From: Polyangiaceae bacterium
GTDB taxonomy: Bacteria; Myxococcota_A; Polyangia; Polyangiales; Polyangiaceae
NCBI GenBank assembly: GCA_965222375.1
Contig: CBDCTZ010000009.1
Coordinates: 192,001-256,000 of the forward strand
Direction of reading: 5' to 3'
Length of the DNA stretch: 64,000 bases
Shown: one piece after another, positions 28,035-37,496 of the stretch
Numbering within the stretch: the stretch's first letter is position 1
How the letters are laid out: each line of letters begins with the position of its first letter
Program-made: the position numbers and the translations under genes
Notes under the pieces: generated by a model
Seen by the model: the letters and a program-made list of their open reading frames with translations, nothing else
Told to the model about the DNA's origin: nothing
Database searches by the model: none

Positions 28035-28931
28035 GTGGCAAGAGTAGCTGAGTTGGATTTTGACGCCTTTGTTGCAGAGCGTCGGGCAAGGCGGCCGGGG
28101 GCACAGAGCGAAGGCGAGGACCACGCCTATGCATACTCGTGGGATAAGACGACCCGAGCCGCGTTCGAGAAGGTCAAGCCCGTGGAACTCGCCGTCGCCG
28201 CCGGCGTGCGCATGTTCAAACACATTGGCAAGGCGCAGTTGTTGGGCCAGGCGGTCAAGGTCGGTCCTCGGCAGTTTCCTCGCGTGCACGCGCTAGCCGA
28301 GAGTTGCGCGGACACCTTGGGCATTCCCACCCCCACGCTCTACGTCGTGAACAATCCGCACCTCAATGCGGCCACCTACGGTACCAACGAGGACTCGTTC
28401 ATCATGGTGCATTCGGCCCTCGTCGACCATCTGACCGACGACGAGTTGCTGAGCGTGATCGGTCACGAGTGCGGGCACATTCACAACAGCCACGTCGTGT
28501 ACCTGACCGCCATGCACTATCTGTCCCACATGGCTGGCTTGGTGGTGCGCTCCATCGGCTTGCCGGCGCTGTTGGCGCTGCGCGCTTGGTCGCGGCGCGC
28601 GGAGGTCACTTGCGACCGGGCAGCGGCGCTGTGCACCAAAGACTTGGACGTTGCGCTGCGGGCGCTGACCAAGTTGGCGCTCGGTTCTCAAAAGCTCTAC
28701 GAGCAGCTGGATGTCGACGCTTTCTTGGAGCAACACGAAGAGGCCAAGGAGTCCGTGGGGCGCTTCAGCGAGGTCCTGGCCACGCATCCCTGGCTGCCCA
28801 AACGGGTCTTGGCCTTGAAGACCTTCGGCGAAAGCGAGCTATTCCAAGTGCACGTTGGCGCTCAAGAGGGTGGGCTCAGCATGGAAGAGGTGGACGCCCG
28901 GGTCCACGAAGTGGTCAAAGTCGTCGGCTGA
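28035..28931 (+). CDS. M48-family zinc metallopeptidase
   Basis: LNAATYG, VIGHECGH (HExxH), AEVTCDRAA, THP. Confidence 0.9.
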   Translation: MARVAELDFDAFVAERRARRPGAQSEGEDHAYAYSWDKTTRAAFEKVKPVELAVAAGVRMFKHIGKAQLLGQAVKVGPRQFPRVHALAESCADTLGIPTPTLYVVNNPHLNAATYGTNEDSFIMVHSALVDHLTDDELLSVIGHECGHIHNSHVVYLTAMHYLSHMAGLVVRSIGLPALLALRAWSRRAEVTCDRAAALCTKDLDVALRALTKLALGSQKLYEQLDVDAFLEQHEEAKESVGRFSEVLATHPWLPKRVLALKTFGESELFQVHVGAQEGGLSMEEVDARVHEVVKVVG

Positions 28932-28993
28932 GCGGACGACCCAACTGTCGGTCCGAGCTTCGTGACGCACACCGTCCTAGGAGAGGTGAGGCG

Positions 28994-30754
28994 ATGTTCA
29001 ACGATTTCCAAGAACAGAAAAAAGCACTGCTGACTCAACTCGACACGCTTGCGGATTTGGCCAGCTCGATTGGTGCGCGCAGCCTCACGGATCGGGTGCG
29101 CAGCGAGATCATCGACAAACTCGCGGGGGGGCGCTTTCACCTCGTCGTGGTCGGTGAATTCAACCACGGCAAGACGACGTTCGTTAACGCACTTTTGGGT
29201 GAAGCCGTGCTGCCCGTGGGTGTTACGCCCACGACCGCGATCATTCATCACATCGTTTGGGGCGAGACCCGCAGCGCACGCCGGGTTGCCGCCGACGGCA
29301 CTGCCCGGGATGTCGAGTTCGCAGCGGTCCAGGATTATGCGGTTGGCGCCGAGCACGCCGGCGACGAACTGGGCCACCTGGAGGTCGCCTATCCGGCGCC
29401 GCTGTTGAAGGACAACATCGTCTTGGTCGACACTCCCGGGGTCAACGATCTGTCCCTGACCCGCGCGGAGATCACCTATGGCTACATTCCGCAGTCCGAC
29501 GCGGTGCTTTTCGTATTGGACGCGGGGCAGCCCCTCAAAGAAAGCGAACGCCAATTTCTGCAGCACCAGCTGCTCGAAAAGAGCCGCGACAAGATCGTAT
29601 TCGTGGTGGCCAAGACGGACATCTGGTCCGAAGCGGAAAAAGAAGAGGCGCTGACTTACGTGCGGCGGCGTCTGGGCGAGCTGGTGGATGATCCGCCGGT
29701 GTTCGCCATCAGCGCGCAAGCAGATTTGGCCAAGCCGACCGAAGACAGCGGGCTGTCGGAGCTGGTGGAACACTTGCAGCGTTTTCTGGCCGAGGAGCGC
29801 GGCAGCTTGATGCTGCGCAATGCCGCGCAGGAAGGGCTGTCCGCCGCCGGCGTCCTGTCTCGGGGCATCGATGCCCGCAGCCGGGCAGCGGCATTTTCCG
29901 CTGAGCAGTTGTCTCGCCGAATCGAATTGCTTGAGCAAGATCTCGCTGGGCACGCGGAAACCATCGAGTCTCGCCGATTGGCCATTCGGGAAGAAGTGGG
30001 CGCCATCAAGGCCTGGGCGCGCCGGGATCTCGATCGCTTCTGTGACGACATCATGGCCCAGCTGCCGGGTCTGCTGGAGCGTTCCAGCGGTGAAGATCTC
30101 AAGCAGCACTTGGGCCCGTTTCTGGAGCACGCGTTTCGGGGCTGGGCGGAAGCCGAGACCCAAGAGATCGCCGCGGCTTTGGAAAAGCTAGCCGAACGCA
30201 TGGTCGCTCTAGCGCGGGAAGACGCCGACGACGTGGGTCGTCGGGTCGGGGAGGCCATGGGTGCGGAGCTCAAGGCGCCGGCCATCGAAGTGGATCGCTT
30301 CGCCTACGACGTGGGGATCTTCGCGGTGCTGTCCGTGGGCATGGGCGTGCTGTTTGCCAATGCGCTGCTGGGAGGGATCTTGCTGGCCGCCGCGCCGGCG
30401 CTGGCGCTATGGAATCGGGGGCGTACGGAAGCCGAGATCAAGAAGCGGGCACTGGAACTCGCGCCTGTGGTCCTGCGGGAAACCGCCGCGAAGGTTGGGC
30501 CGCAGATCGACCAGATGGTTACGGAAAGCGCAGACCACCTGGACCAGTGGGTACGCACCGCTGGCGAGGAGCTGCACCGCGAAGTGATCGAGGTCCTGCT
30601 CTCGGTCAAAGAGACCCGAGACATCGGCGAGCGGGATGCCGAAGCTGAGCGCGAGCGCTGCGCTGAGCTGTCCAAACAGCTCGAACAACTCACTGCCGCC
30701 CTGGGGGACTTCAAGGCCAGCGTGACGCCGGCCGCCAGCAAGGCCGCGCCATGA
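28994..30754 (+). CDS. Bacterial dynamin-like GTPase
   Basis: GEFNHGKTT (G1), PTTA (G2), DTPG (G3), AKTD (G4), helical stalk with hydrophobic paddle; GAGGTGAGG RBS. Confidence 0.92.
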   Translation: MFNDFQEQKKALLTQLDTLADLASSIGARSLTDRVRSEIIDKLAGGRFHLVVVGEFNHGKTTFVNALLGEAVLPVGVTPTTAIIHHIVWGETRSARRVAADGTARDVEFAAVQDYAVGAEHAGDELGHLEVAYPAPLLKDNIVLVDTPGVNDLSLTRAEITYGYIPQSDAVLFVLDAGQPLKESERQFLQHQLLEKSRDKIVFVVAKTDIWSEAEKEEALTYVRRRLGELVDDPPVFAISAQADLAKPTEDSGLSELVEHLQRFLAEERGSLMLRNAAQEGLSAAGVLSRGIDARSRAAAFSAEQLSRRIELLEQDLAGHAETIESRRLAIREEVGAIKAWARRDLDRFCDDIMAQLPGLLERSSGEDLKQHLGPFLEHAFRGWAEAETQEIAAALEKLAERMVALAREDADDVGRRVGEAMGAELKAPAIEVDRFAYDVGIFAVLSVGMGVLFANALLGGILLAAAPALALWNRGRTEAEIKKRALELAPVVLRETAAKVGPQIDQMVTESADHLDQWVRTAGEELHREVIEVLLSVKETRDIGERDAEAERERCAELSKQLEQLTAALGDFKASVTPAASKAAP

Positions 30755-32142
30755 GCATCGCTCGGGGTGGCCGCCTGCCGGAGGGTGTTGCCGACGCGAT
30801 GGAGGCGTTGAACACCAGCGTCTTCACCGACAACCGGCTGTGGCGCGAGGACGTGCGAGGTTCCATCGTGCACGCCCGGGGCCTGGCGCGGGCCGGCGTA
30901 CTTTCCCAAGACGAGGTTGCCGAGCTCGAGCGCGGATTGAATCAGGTCGCCAAGGAGATCGAATCCGGTAAGTTCGAGTGGGATCCCGCCAAAGAAGACG
31001 TGCACATGAACATCGAGGCACGTCTGATCGAGATCCTGGGAGACGTCGGCGGCAAGTTGCACACGGCCCGCTCTCGAAACGATCAGGTGGCCACGGACTT
31101 GCGGCTTTGGCTACGAGGTCGCTGCGACGTCATCGTGACCGCCTTGACCGAGCTGGGTTCGACCCTGACCGAGATCGCTTCCCGCGAAATCGACGTCTTG
31201 ATGCCGACCTATACCCACATGCAGCGGGCGCAGCCCAGTCGCCTGAGCCACCACATTCTCGCGTGGCAGGAGTTGATCGCTCGGGACGAAGCTCGACTGC
31301 GCGACGCCACCCGGCGCATGAACGAATGCCCGCTGGGTGCTGGGGCCGTCGCTGGCAGCGGCTTCGCGCTCGATCGCCAAGAGACCGCCCACGCTCTGGG
31401 CTTCGATCGCGCCATGCACAACAGCATTGACGCTACAGCTAGCCGCGACTTCTTGATGGAGGTGTCCGGAGCCTTGGCCATCCTTGGAGTGCACCTGTCG
31501 CGGATCGGCGAGGAGATCGTGCTGTGGTCGATGCACGAACTGGGCTTCCTCAGCTTGTCGGACGCCTTCGCGACGAGTTCGAGCATGATGCCGCAGAAGA
31601 AGAACCCGGACGTCGCTGAGCTGATCCGGGGCAAGGCGGCGGTGCTGGTCGGCTGCCACACCACTCTGTTGGTGTTGGAAAAGAGCCTCTCCTTCGGCTA
31701 TGGCCGGGACTTGCAAGAAGACAAGCGGCCCATCTTCGACGCTTGCGACGCAGCGCTGGACAGCGTTCGTGCTCTGACTGGTGCCCTGGCTACGGCGACC
31801 TTCCACCAGGACCGCATGGAAGCCGCCTTGGACGCGGGCCACGTGTGTGCCACGGATCTCTCGGACTTTCTCGTGAACGAGGGCGTTCCCTTTCGCAAGG
31901 CGCACCACATCGTGGGAGGATTGGTGCGAGAAGCTGAAGAGCAGGGCGTGCAGCTCGGCGAGCTTTCTTCGAAGCAGCTCGCGGCCGCGCACCCAGCGCT
32001 TGGAAAGCCGGATGCACGCTCCGCCCTCGATCCCCGCCTAGCCGTAGAGCGGCGCACCGCCGTGGGCGGGCCGGCAAAGGAAACCGTGGAGGCGGCCATC
32101 GAGCGTGCGCGTAAGCACTGGGCCGTGCGCAAGAATCAGTAG
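30751..32142 (+). CDS. argH: Argininosuccinate lyase
   Basis: EDVHMNIE, LHTARSRNDQVATD, YTHMQRAQP, SSMMPQKKNPD, PFRKAH. Confidence 0.97.
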   Translation: MSIARGGRLPEGVADAMEALNTSVFTDNRLWREDVRGSIVHARGLARAGVLSQDEVAELERGLNQVAKEIESGKFEWDPAKEDVHMNIEARLIEILGDVGGKLHTARSRNDQVATDLRLWLRGRCDVIVTALTELGSTLTEIASREIDVLMPTYTHMQRAQPSRLSHHILAWQELIARDEARLRDATRRMNECPLGAGAVAGSGFALDRQETAHALGFDRAMHNSIDATASRDFLMEVSGALAILGVHLSRIGEEIVLWSMHELGFLSLSDAFATSSSMMPQKKNPDVAELIRGKAAVLVGCHTTLLVLEKSLSFGYGRDLQEDKRPIFDACDAALDSVRALTGALATATFHQDRMEAALDAGHVCATDLSDFLVNEGVPFRKAHHIVGGLVREAEEQGVQLGELSSKQLAAAHPALGKPDARSALDPRLAVERRTAVGGPAKETVEAAIERARKHWAVRKNQ

Positions 32143-33146
32143 CGCAAACCCTGGGTCTCGCTCGGGCCCGTGAACACGAAGCGGGTCTTGCCCCGCTCCC
32201 GCTCCTCGAACACTCCGGTGTTCCACAGCACGATGGTCGTGACGATGGCGGCGCCCACGACGGTGCCCACGGCGACCCATGTCGGGAAGGGTGTTGGTTC
32301 TCGGCTCTGGGGTGAGCGCTCCAGCACCGCGCCGTTGCCCTGGCGCCACGGCAACAGTGGCCCACAAGAGCTTGCGTTGCAGCGGGCAACGTCAATGCCG
32401 CGGGCGGTGGAGCGCACCAGGATCCATCGCGGACAGCTGGCGCCCTTGGGCGGCAGCGCGCGGTCGCCGCTCACGCGCGCGCCCGTGAGATCCTCGCTGC
32501 TACAGGGCGTCGCGGAAGGGATCGTGATTGCGGGCGACTTGGGGCTGACGGATACCCATCGGGCGACAGCCACGCGGCCGCGCCGGACGACGCGCAGGTG
32601 GTGCTCACCCGCCGGGACCTTTGGCGGCGCTGCCTGTCGCTCTCCATTCCAGAACACTCGATCCCCTTTGCGTAGCCCCGGCAACTTGACCTGGGTGTCC
32701 GCGACGGGCGCCGGCACTGCGGGCGGGGTCTGACCCAGGGCGGGTGCTCGCCGACCCTCGAGCACTGCGCGGGCATGGGCGAGTCGTGCCAGCTCTTGCG
32801 TCGGACCTCCGATACGACTGAGCAACGCGATCTTCAATGCGTGGTGCTCTGCCATCAGCCACGCCGCCTGTGGCAACGCAGGTTGGTCCCGGAGCAAGCG
32901 CTCGACGGCTGCGAGCTTTCGCTTCACGCCGTCGTCGTCCAAGGCCCCGAGGGCAACCCGTGCTTGCTCCAGAAGCTTCTCGGCACGCCTGACGTCCTTG
33001 TCGGAGCTGTGGGCCAGCGGCGCCGCGCTCGATGCGGGCTCCAGCAGCCGAACCTGGCGCGCCGTAGCCCAGGACTCCAAATGCGGCTCTGCGGACAGCT
33101 GCGCTGAGGCCCCACCCACCACGACCACGAACACGCCGGGTGTCAC
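32136..33146 (-). CDS. Hypothetical protein with PEGA-like segment and C-terminal TM helix
   Basis: VFWNGE..PAGEHHLRV; hydrophobic WVAVGTVVGAAIVTTIVLW. Confidence 0.6.
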   Translation of the reverse strand: MTPGVFVVVVGGASAQLSAEPHLESWATARQVRLLEPASSAAPLAHSSDKDVRRAEKLLEQARVALGALDDDGVKRKLAAVERLLRDQPALPQAAWLMAEHHALKIALLSRIGGPTQELARLAHARAVLEGRRAPALGQTPPAVPAPVADTQVKLPGLRKGDRVFWNGERQAAPPKVPAGEHHLRVVRRGRVAVARWVSVSPKSPAITIPSATPCSSEDLTGARVSGDRALPPKGASCPRWILVRSTARGIDVARCNASSCGPLLPWRQGNGAVLERSPQSREPTPFPTWVAVGTVVGAAIVTTIVLWNTGVFEERERGKTRFVFTGPSETQGLRY

Positions 33147-33275
33147 GCGCCCCCGCTCCGGGCCGGCCAGGCGGACAAGGGGAGTGATCTCACGGTGGGT
33201 CTTGCGCTACGCTGCTGACGACCCTGGGGCTTTTCCCGGGACGCCCCCGCTCCCACCCCCGGGAAAGGACACGCC

Positions 33276-34004
33276 GTGCAGCTTGATTTCAGCGCCCGCG
33301 AGCTCACGATAAAACTCGTCTACTACGGTCCGGCGCTCAGCGGGAAGACGACGAACCTGCAGTCTTTGCACAAGGCCGCGGATCCCTCGACCGCGGGCCG
33401 GCTGATGACCCTGGAAACCCGGGACGATCGCACGCTCTTTTTCGACCTGCTGCCGCTCACCTTCAAGGACCGTAGCGGGCTCAGCGTCCGGCTCAAAGTA
33501 TTCACGGTTCCGGGACAGGTGATTCACGCCTCCACGCGTCGGCTGGTGGTTCAAGGTGCGGACGGCGTGGCCTTCATCGCGGACTCTCAGATCGCCGAAA
33601 CTCAGCACAACGCCGATTCCTTCATGGATCTGAAAGAGAACCTGAAGGCCAATGGCCTCAACCTCAAGCAGATGCCCCTGATCATCCAGTTCAACAAGCG
33701 GGACCTGACCGACATCCGCAGCGATGCGGAGATCGCCGAGCTGGCAGCGCAGGGGCGGGAGCCGGTGTATCTGGCCGTCGCGACCCAGGGCGATGGCGTG
33801 GTCGAGAGCTTCGTGGGTATGCTGCATCTGACCTGGAGCGCTCTGAATGCGGAGCACGATCTCAACCGAAAGTTCGGATTCGATTCGGATGCGTTCATCA
33901 AGCGCGTGGCGACCCAACTAGGTGACAGCCGTCCGGTGCCAGAGATACTAGGGAGCTGCGTGGGTGGCGCGCTGGACGTCCTGACGCCGGAGGCTGCGGG
34001 TTGA
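33276..34004 (+). CDS. MglA-family small Ras-like GTPase (paralog)
   Basis: KLVYYGPALSGKTTNL, DRTLFFDLLP, TVPGQV, GADGVAFIADS, QFNKRDL. Confidence 0.92.
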   Translation: MQLDFSARELTIKLVYYGPALSGKTTNLQSLHKAADPSTAGRLMTLETRDDRTLFFDLLPLTFKDRSGLSVRLKVFTVPGQVIHASTRRLVVQGADGVAFIADSQIAETQHNADSFMDLKENLKANGLNLKQMPLIIQFNKRDLTDIRSDAEIAELAAQGREPVYLAVATQGDGVVESFVGMLHLTWSALNAEHDLNRKFGFDSDAFIKRVATQLGDSRPVPEILGSCVGGALDVLTPEAAG

Positions 34005-35428
34005 TGTCGTCCGTACCGGTCAACGAACTCGGTTTCGAGGAACTCACCGTCGGCAAGGGAGCCAGCTTGGAAGAGCTGGTGGACCGCTCGGCATTGGGGG
34101 AGCTGACGGTCTCGTTCTTCGAGCTGTTTCGAGTGCCGATCCGTGTCTTCAGTGAGTCGGGGCAAATCCTGGCGGATGCCAGCGAACAGCCGCCGCTATA
34201 CGCCTACTTGAACACGACCAAGGGCGGGCGTAGGGCGCTGCAGGAGGTCGTCGCGGCCGTCAAGCGAGTCGATCCAGGCAGCAGCGGAGAGGTGGTCGAG
34301 CATTGCGTCACCGGCGCTCTGTACCAAGTGGTCGCGATTCGATACGACGAGCGCCCTCTGGGCCGCATCATCATCGGCCCCTTCATGCCGCCGGATTCTT
34401 TGGAGCCAGCAGACGAACTGCTGAAGCTGGACTCGGCCATCGACAGCGCCCGGGCTCGGGAGCTGCTATTGGAAATGCCCCGCGCGCGCCCGGAAACGGT
34501 CCTGCAAATTGCGCGGCATCTTCGCAAGTCTCTGGATCTGATCCTGTTCTCGGGTCACAAGGCGTTGCTCACCAGCAGTATGCATCTCGCCAGCGTGCGC
34601 GAGAGTTTTCGGGAGCTGCAGGACAAGAACACCAAGCTGCAGGGTGCCTACGACCGGCTGAAGGAGCTGGACCGGCTGAAGAGTAACTTCTTGGCCACGG
34701 TTTCCCATGAGCTGCGCACGCCCCTGACGTCGATCATCGGCTACAGCGAGATGCTGTCCGAAGGCATCGCCGGCGATCTCAGCCCGGAGCAAGCCGAGTT
34801 CGTCACCACGATTCACGAAAAAGGGGAGCAGCTACTGGAGCTGATCAAGGGGCTGTTGGATCTCTCCAAGCTGGAGAGCGGCACCATGAGCCTGCGCAAG
34901 AGCGAGCTCGAAATAACTCCGGTGATCCAAGACGTCGCGGCGACGTTGGCGCCGACGGCACGCAAGAAGAAGGTCAAGATCCAGGTCGACGCCGAAGGCG
35001 TCCTACCCACCATCTGGGCGGATGGCGAGCGTCTGCGCCAGGTATTCCTAAACCTCACGGAAAATGCCATCAAGTTCACACCCGAAGACGGCACAGTGTC
35101 TCTCTCGGTTCTGCCCGCTTTCCTCGAGCACAAGGCTGATGCCGAGGACGGCGGTTTGGTCTTGTTCAGCGCGCGTCGCGCGGCCATCGAGGTGCGAGTG
35201 GCGGACACCGGCGAGGGCATTCCGGAAAACGAGCGAGCTCGCGTGTTCGACGCCTTCTACCAAGTGGACTCGAGCTCCACGCGGGAGCACGGTGGCACGG
35301 GCTTGGGGCTGTCCATCGTTCGCAGGCTAGTCGATTCCCACGATGGCTCGGTCCACATCGAGGGCAACACGCCCCAAGGCGCGGTCTTCGTGGTTCGGTT
35401 GCCATGCCGACGAACGACCATCGCGTGA
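34004..35428 (+). CDS. Cytoplasmic histidine kinase with PocR-like N-terminal sensor
   Basis: H-box FLATVSHELRTPL, N-box NLTENAIKFT, DTGEGI, GGTGLGL; N-terminal HCVTG...PLGRIIIGPF. Confidence 0.9.
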   Translation: MSSVPVNELGFEELTVGKGASLEELVDRSALGELTVSFFELFRVPIRVFSESGQILADASEQPPLYAYLNTTKGGRRALQEVVAAVKRVDPGSSGEVVEHCVTGALYQVVAIRYDERPLGRIIIGPFMPPDSLEPADELLKLDSAIDSARARELLLEMPRARPETVLQIARHLRKSLDLILFSGHKALLTSSMHLASVRESFRELQDKNTKLQGAYDRLKELDRLKSNFLATVSHELRTPLTSIIGYSEMLSEGIAGDLSPEQAEFVTTIHEKGEQLLELIKGLLDLSKLESGTMSLRKSELEITPVIQDVAATLAPTARKKKVKIQVDAEGVLPTIWADGERLRQVFLNLTENAIKFTPEDGTVSLSVLPAFLEHKADAEDGGLVLFSARRAAIEVRVADTGEGIPENERARVFDAFYQVDSSSTREHGGTGLGLSIVRRLVDSHDGSVHIEGNTPQGAVFVVRLPCRRTTIA

Positions 35429-35449
35429 CGACGCGGGCGAGCGCGGCGC

Positions 35450-36391
35450 ATGGATGAGCAGAGCGCGGTTGCGTTGCTGACGCGCCTGTTGGGAACTTCC
35501 ACGCGGGCCCTGCTGGGTAACGGCGACGACGCGGTCGTATTGCGCAAGCTCAAGCACCCCCTCGTGCTATCCGTAGACGCTAGCGTAGAAGGCGTGCATT
35601 TCGACCGCAGTTTCGTCAGCCTGGTGGATGTCGGCTATCGCTCCCACGCTGCGGCAGTGAGCGACTTGGCGGCCATGGGCGCCTCGCCGGTATGCAGTCT
35701 TTCAGCGTTGGTCGTGCCCAAAGCCACGAGCAAGGCGCAGCTGTCAGCCTTGGCGCGAGGACAGCGCAGCAGCGCCAAGGCTCATGACTGTCCGGTGTTG
35801 GGGGGCAACCTGGCCCGAGGGCGGCAGCTGTCCATCACGACCACGGTGGTGGGGCAGGTGGAAGGGCCGCTGGGGCGGGGTGGTGCGCGCCCCGGAGATC
35901 AGATCTGGCTGTTGGGGCCCGTCGGCCTTTCCCGCGCAGGCTTGGAAATCCTTCGCACGCGCCGTCGCGCGGGTATCGCGCGGCAGGCGCGCAGCGCGGC
36001 CCTCCGTGCATTCAGACGCCCTCAGGCCCGGCTGGCAGAGGGGCGCCGCCTGGCGAAGCACGCCACGAGCGGGATCGACATTTCCGACGGCCTGCTCCAG
36101 GACGCTGGGCAGATCGCTCGCGCCAGCGGCGCATGCGTGAGTTTCGAATGGGAGCTGTTGGAGGCCGCGGTGACGCCGGAGTTGCGCGCGGTCGCCAGCG
36201 CTTTCGACACTCATCCCTTGGCGTGGGCCCTTGCCGGCGGTGAGGACTACGCGCTGCTGGCCACGGGTCCCGCGATCCGGAGACCTCGGGGTGCGCTCGA
36301 GCTCGGAAGCGTGTCCCGGGGCAGAGGCGTGCGGATCCAAGGTGGCCCCGGGTGGGCGAAGCGCCTCAGAGGCTTCGACCACCTACGCTGA
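35450..36391 (+). CDS. thiL: Thiamine-monophosphate kinase
   Basis: GDDAVV, VEGVHF, SDLAAMGA.P, IDISDGL, GGEDYALL. Confidence 0.93.
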   Translation: MDEQSAVALLTRLLGTSTRALLGNGDDAVVLRKLKHPLVLSVDASVEGVHFDRSFVSLVDVGYRSHAAAVSDLAAMGASPVCSLSALVVPKATSKAQLSALARGQRSSAKAHDCPVLGGNLARGRQLSITTTVVGQVEGPLGRGGARPGDQIWLLGPVGLSRAGLEILRTRRRAGIARQARSAALRAFRRPQARLAEGRRLAKHATSGIDISDGLLQDAGQIARASGACVSFEWELLEAAVTPELRAVASAFDTHPLAWALAGGEDYALLATGPAIRRPRGALELGSVSRGRGVRIQGGPGWAKRLRGFDHLR

Positions 36392-36413
36392 CCGACCTGT
36401 GCCGACTCGGCGC

Positions 36414-36845
36414 TCAGCGGCACGCCGAGGGCATGCCGGCGCCCTTGAGCGCGCCACGCACGACGGCCAGGACGCTACCTGAACTCTTACCCTGGGCCAC
36501 GGCTGCGTTGCAGGCGGCTGCGGCTTGTAGCATGTACGCGTTGGTGGGCGGCGGGGCGCTGGCGGCGTTCTGCGCTAGAGCGTTGCAGCAGGCTTTCAGA
36601 CTGGACCTGGGCTTGTACGGCCCGCGTTTCTTTTTCGCATCGGCGTCGGCGTCCGCTTCGGGGCCAGCATCCTCGATCGTCAGCTCCAGCGGTGCACTCG
36701 GTGCTGCAACCGGTTCACTGGATGGCAGAGGCGGCGGCGGCTCGTCCTTCTTGCAACCCGGGGCCAACAGGCCACCCGCCGGGATGAGCAGGCCCAGCCC
36801 GACGGGGGCAATCAGCGACTTGAGGAAGGGTGAGCGGTTCTTCAT
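36414..36845 (-). CDS. Cys-containing lipoprotein
   Basis: LAPGCKK lipobox; ACCNAL...AAAAC...MPSAC. Confidence 0.75.
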   Translation of the reverse strand: MKNRSPFLKSLIAPVGLGLLIPAGGLLAPGCKKDEPPPPLPSSEPVAAPSAPLELTIEDAGPEADADADAKKKRGPYKPRSSLKACCNALAQNAASAPPPTNAYMLQAAAACNAAVAQGKSSGSVLAVVRGALKGAGMPSACR

Positions 36846-36931
36846 GTTCGATTCCTTGTGCCTGGGCTCGTCTCTTTTTTCACGTCAGACGTCGTGAGTA
36901 AAACTGTTGTTCAGCAGGCCGACCTTACACT

Positions 36932-37417
36932 TCAGCAGCCGCCTGGGACCTTTAGACCTAGAATTTGCGATCGGATCAACGTTTTTGCCGCACTTTCCTT
37001 GGCTTGGCCGGACTTTACCCGCTCGGAGATTTGGTGGCAGATGGCAGCCGCAATCTCGTAGCGTTTGGCCTTTGGCCCGCCCTTTTTCGTTTCCTTGGTC
37101 AGGGCGGTGCAGCAAGTCTTGATACGCTCTAGAGCGGCCGCTCGGTCTTTTTTTGCCGTCTTGGCGCCGCTGTCAGGCGTCGATTGGGCGAGGTTTCCTT
37201 GGTTTTTGGGGGGTCTGGGCGGATTTGCAGGCTCCACGGAACCCGAGGTTGCCGCTGTGGCGGTTGTACTCGGCGCCACTGTGGCGGGGATTACTGCCGA
37301 TTCTGACCCAGACGCCGCGACCGATGCAGCGGCGAGTCCAGGCGCGTTGGTACCCTCTTGACAGCCGACTAGCAGCAGCCAGGCCCAGGCGGCAAACCAG
37401 AGCGCGCGGCGACCCAT
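36932..37417 (-). CDS. Cys-containing lipoprotein, paralog of 36414-36845
   Basis: LLVGC lipobox; TCCTAL...AAAIC...VPGGC. Confidence 0.7.
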   Translation of the reverse strand: MGRRALWFAAWAWLLLVGCQEGTNAPGLAAASVAASGSESAVIPATVAPSTTATAATSGSVEPANPPRPPKNQGNLAQSTPDSGAKTAKKDRAAALERIKTCCTALTKETKKGGPKAKRYEIAAAICHQISERVKSGQAKESAAKTLIRSQILGLKVPGGC

Positions 37418-37496
37418 GGCCGGCTGTTGTACTCGACCCAGAGCCCTCGGGCCTAGACCGGTCTGTGGATGACCGATCTAGGTGCGCGTCGAGACC

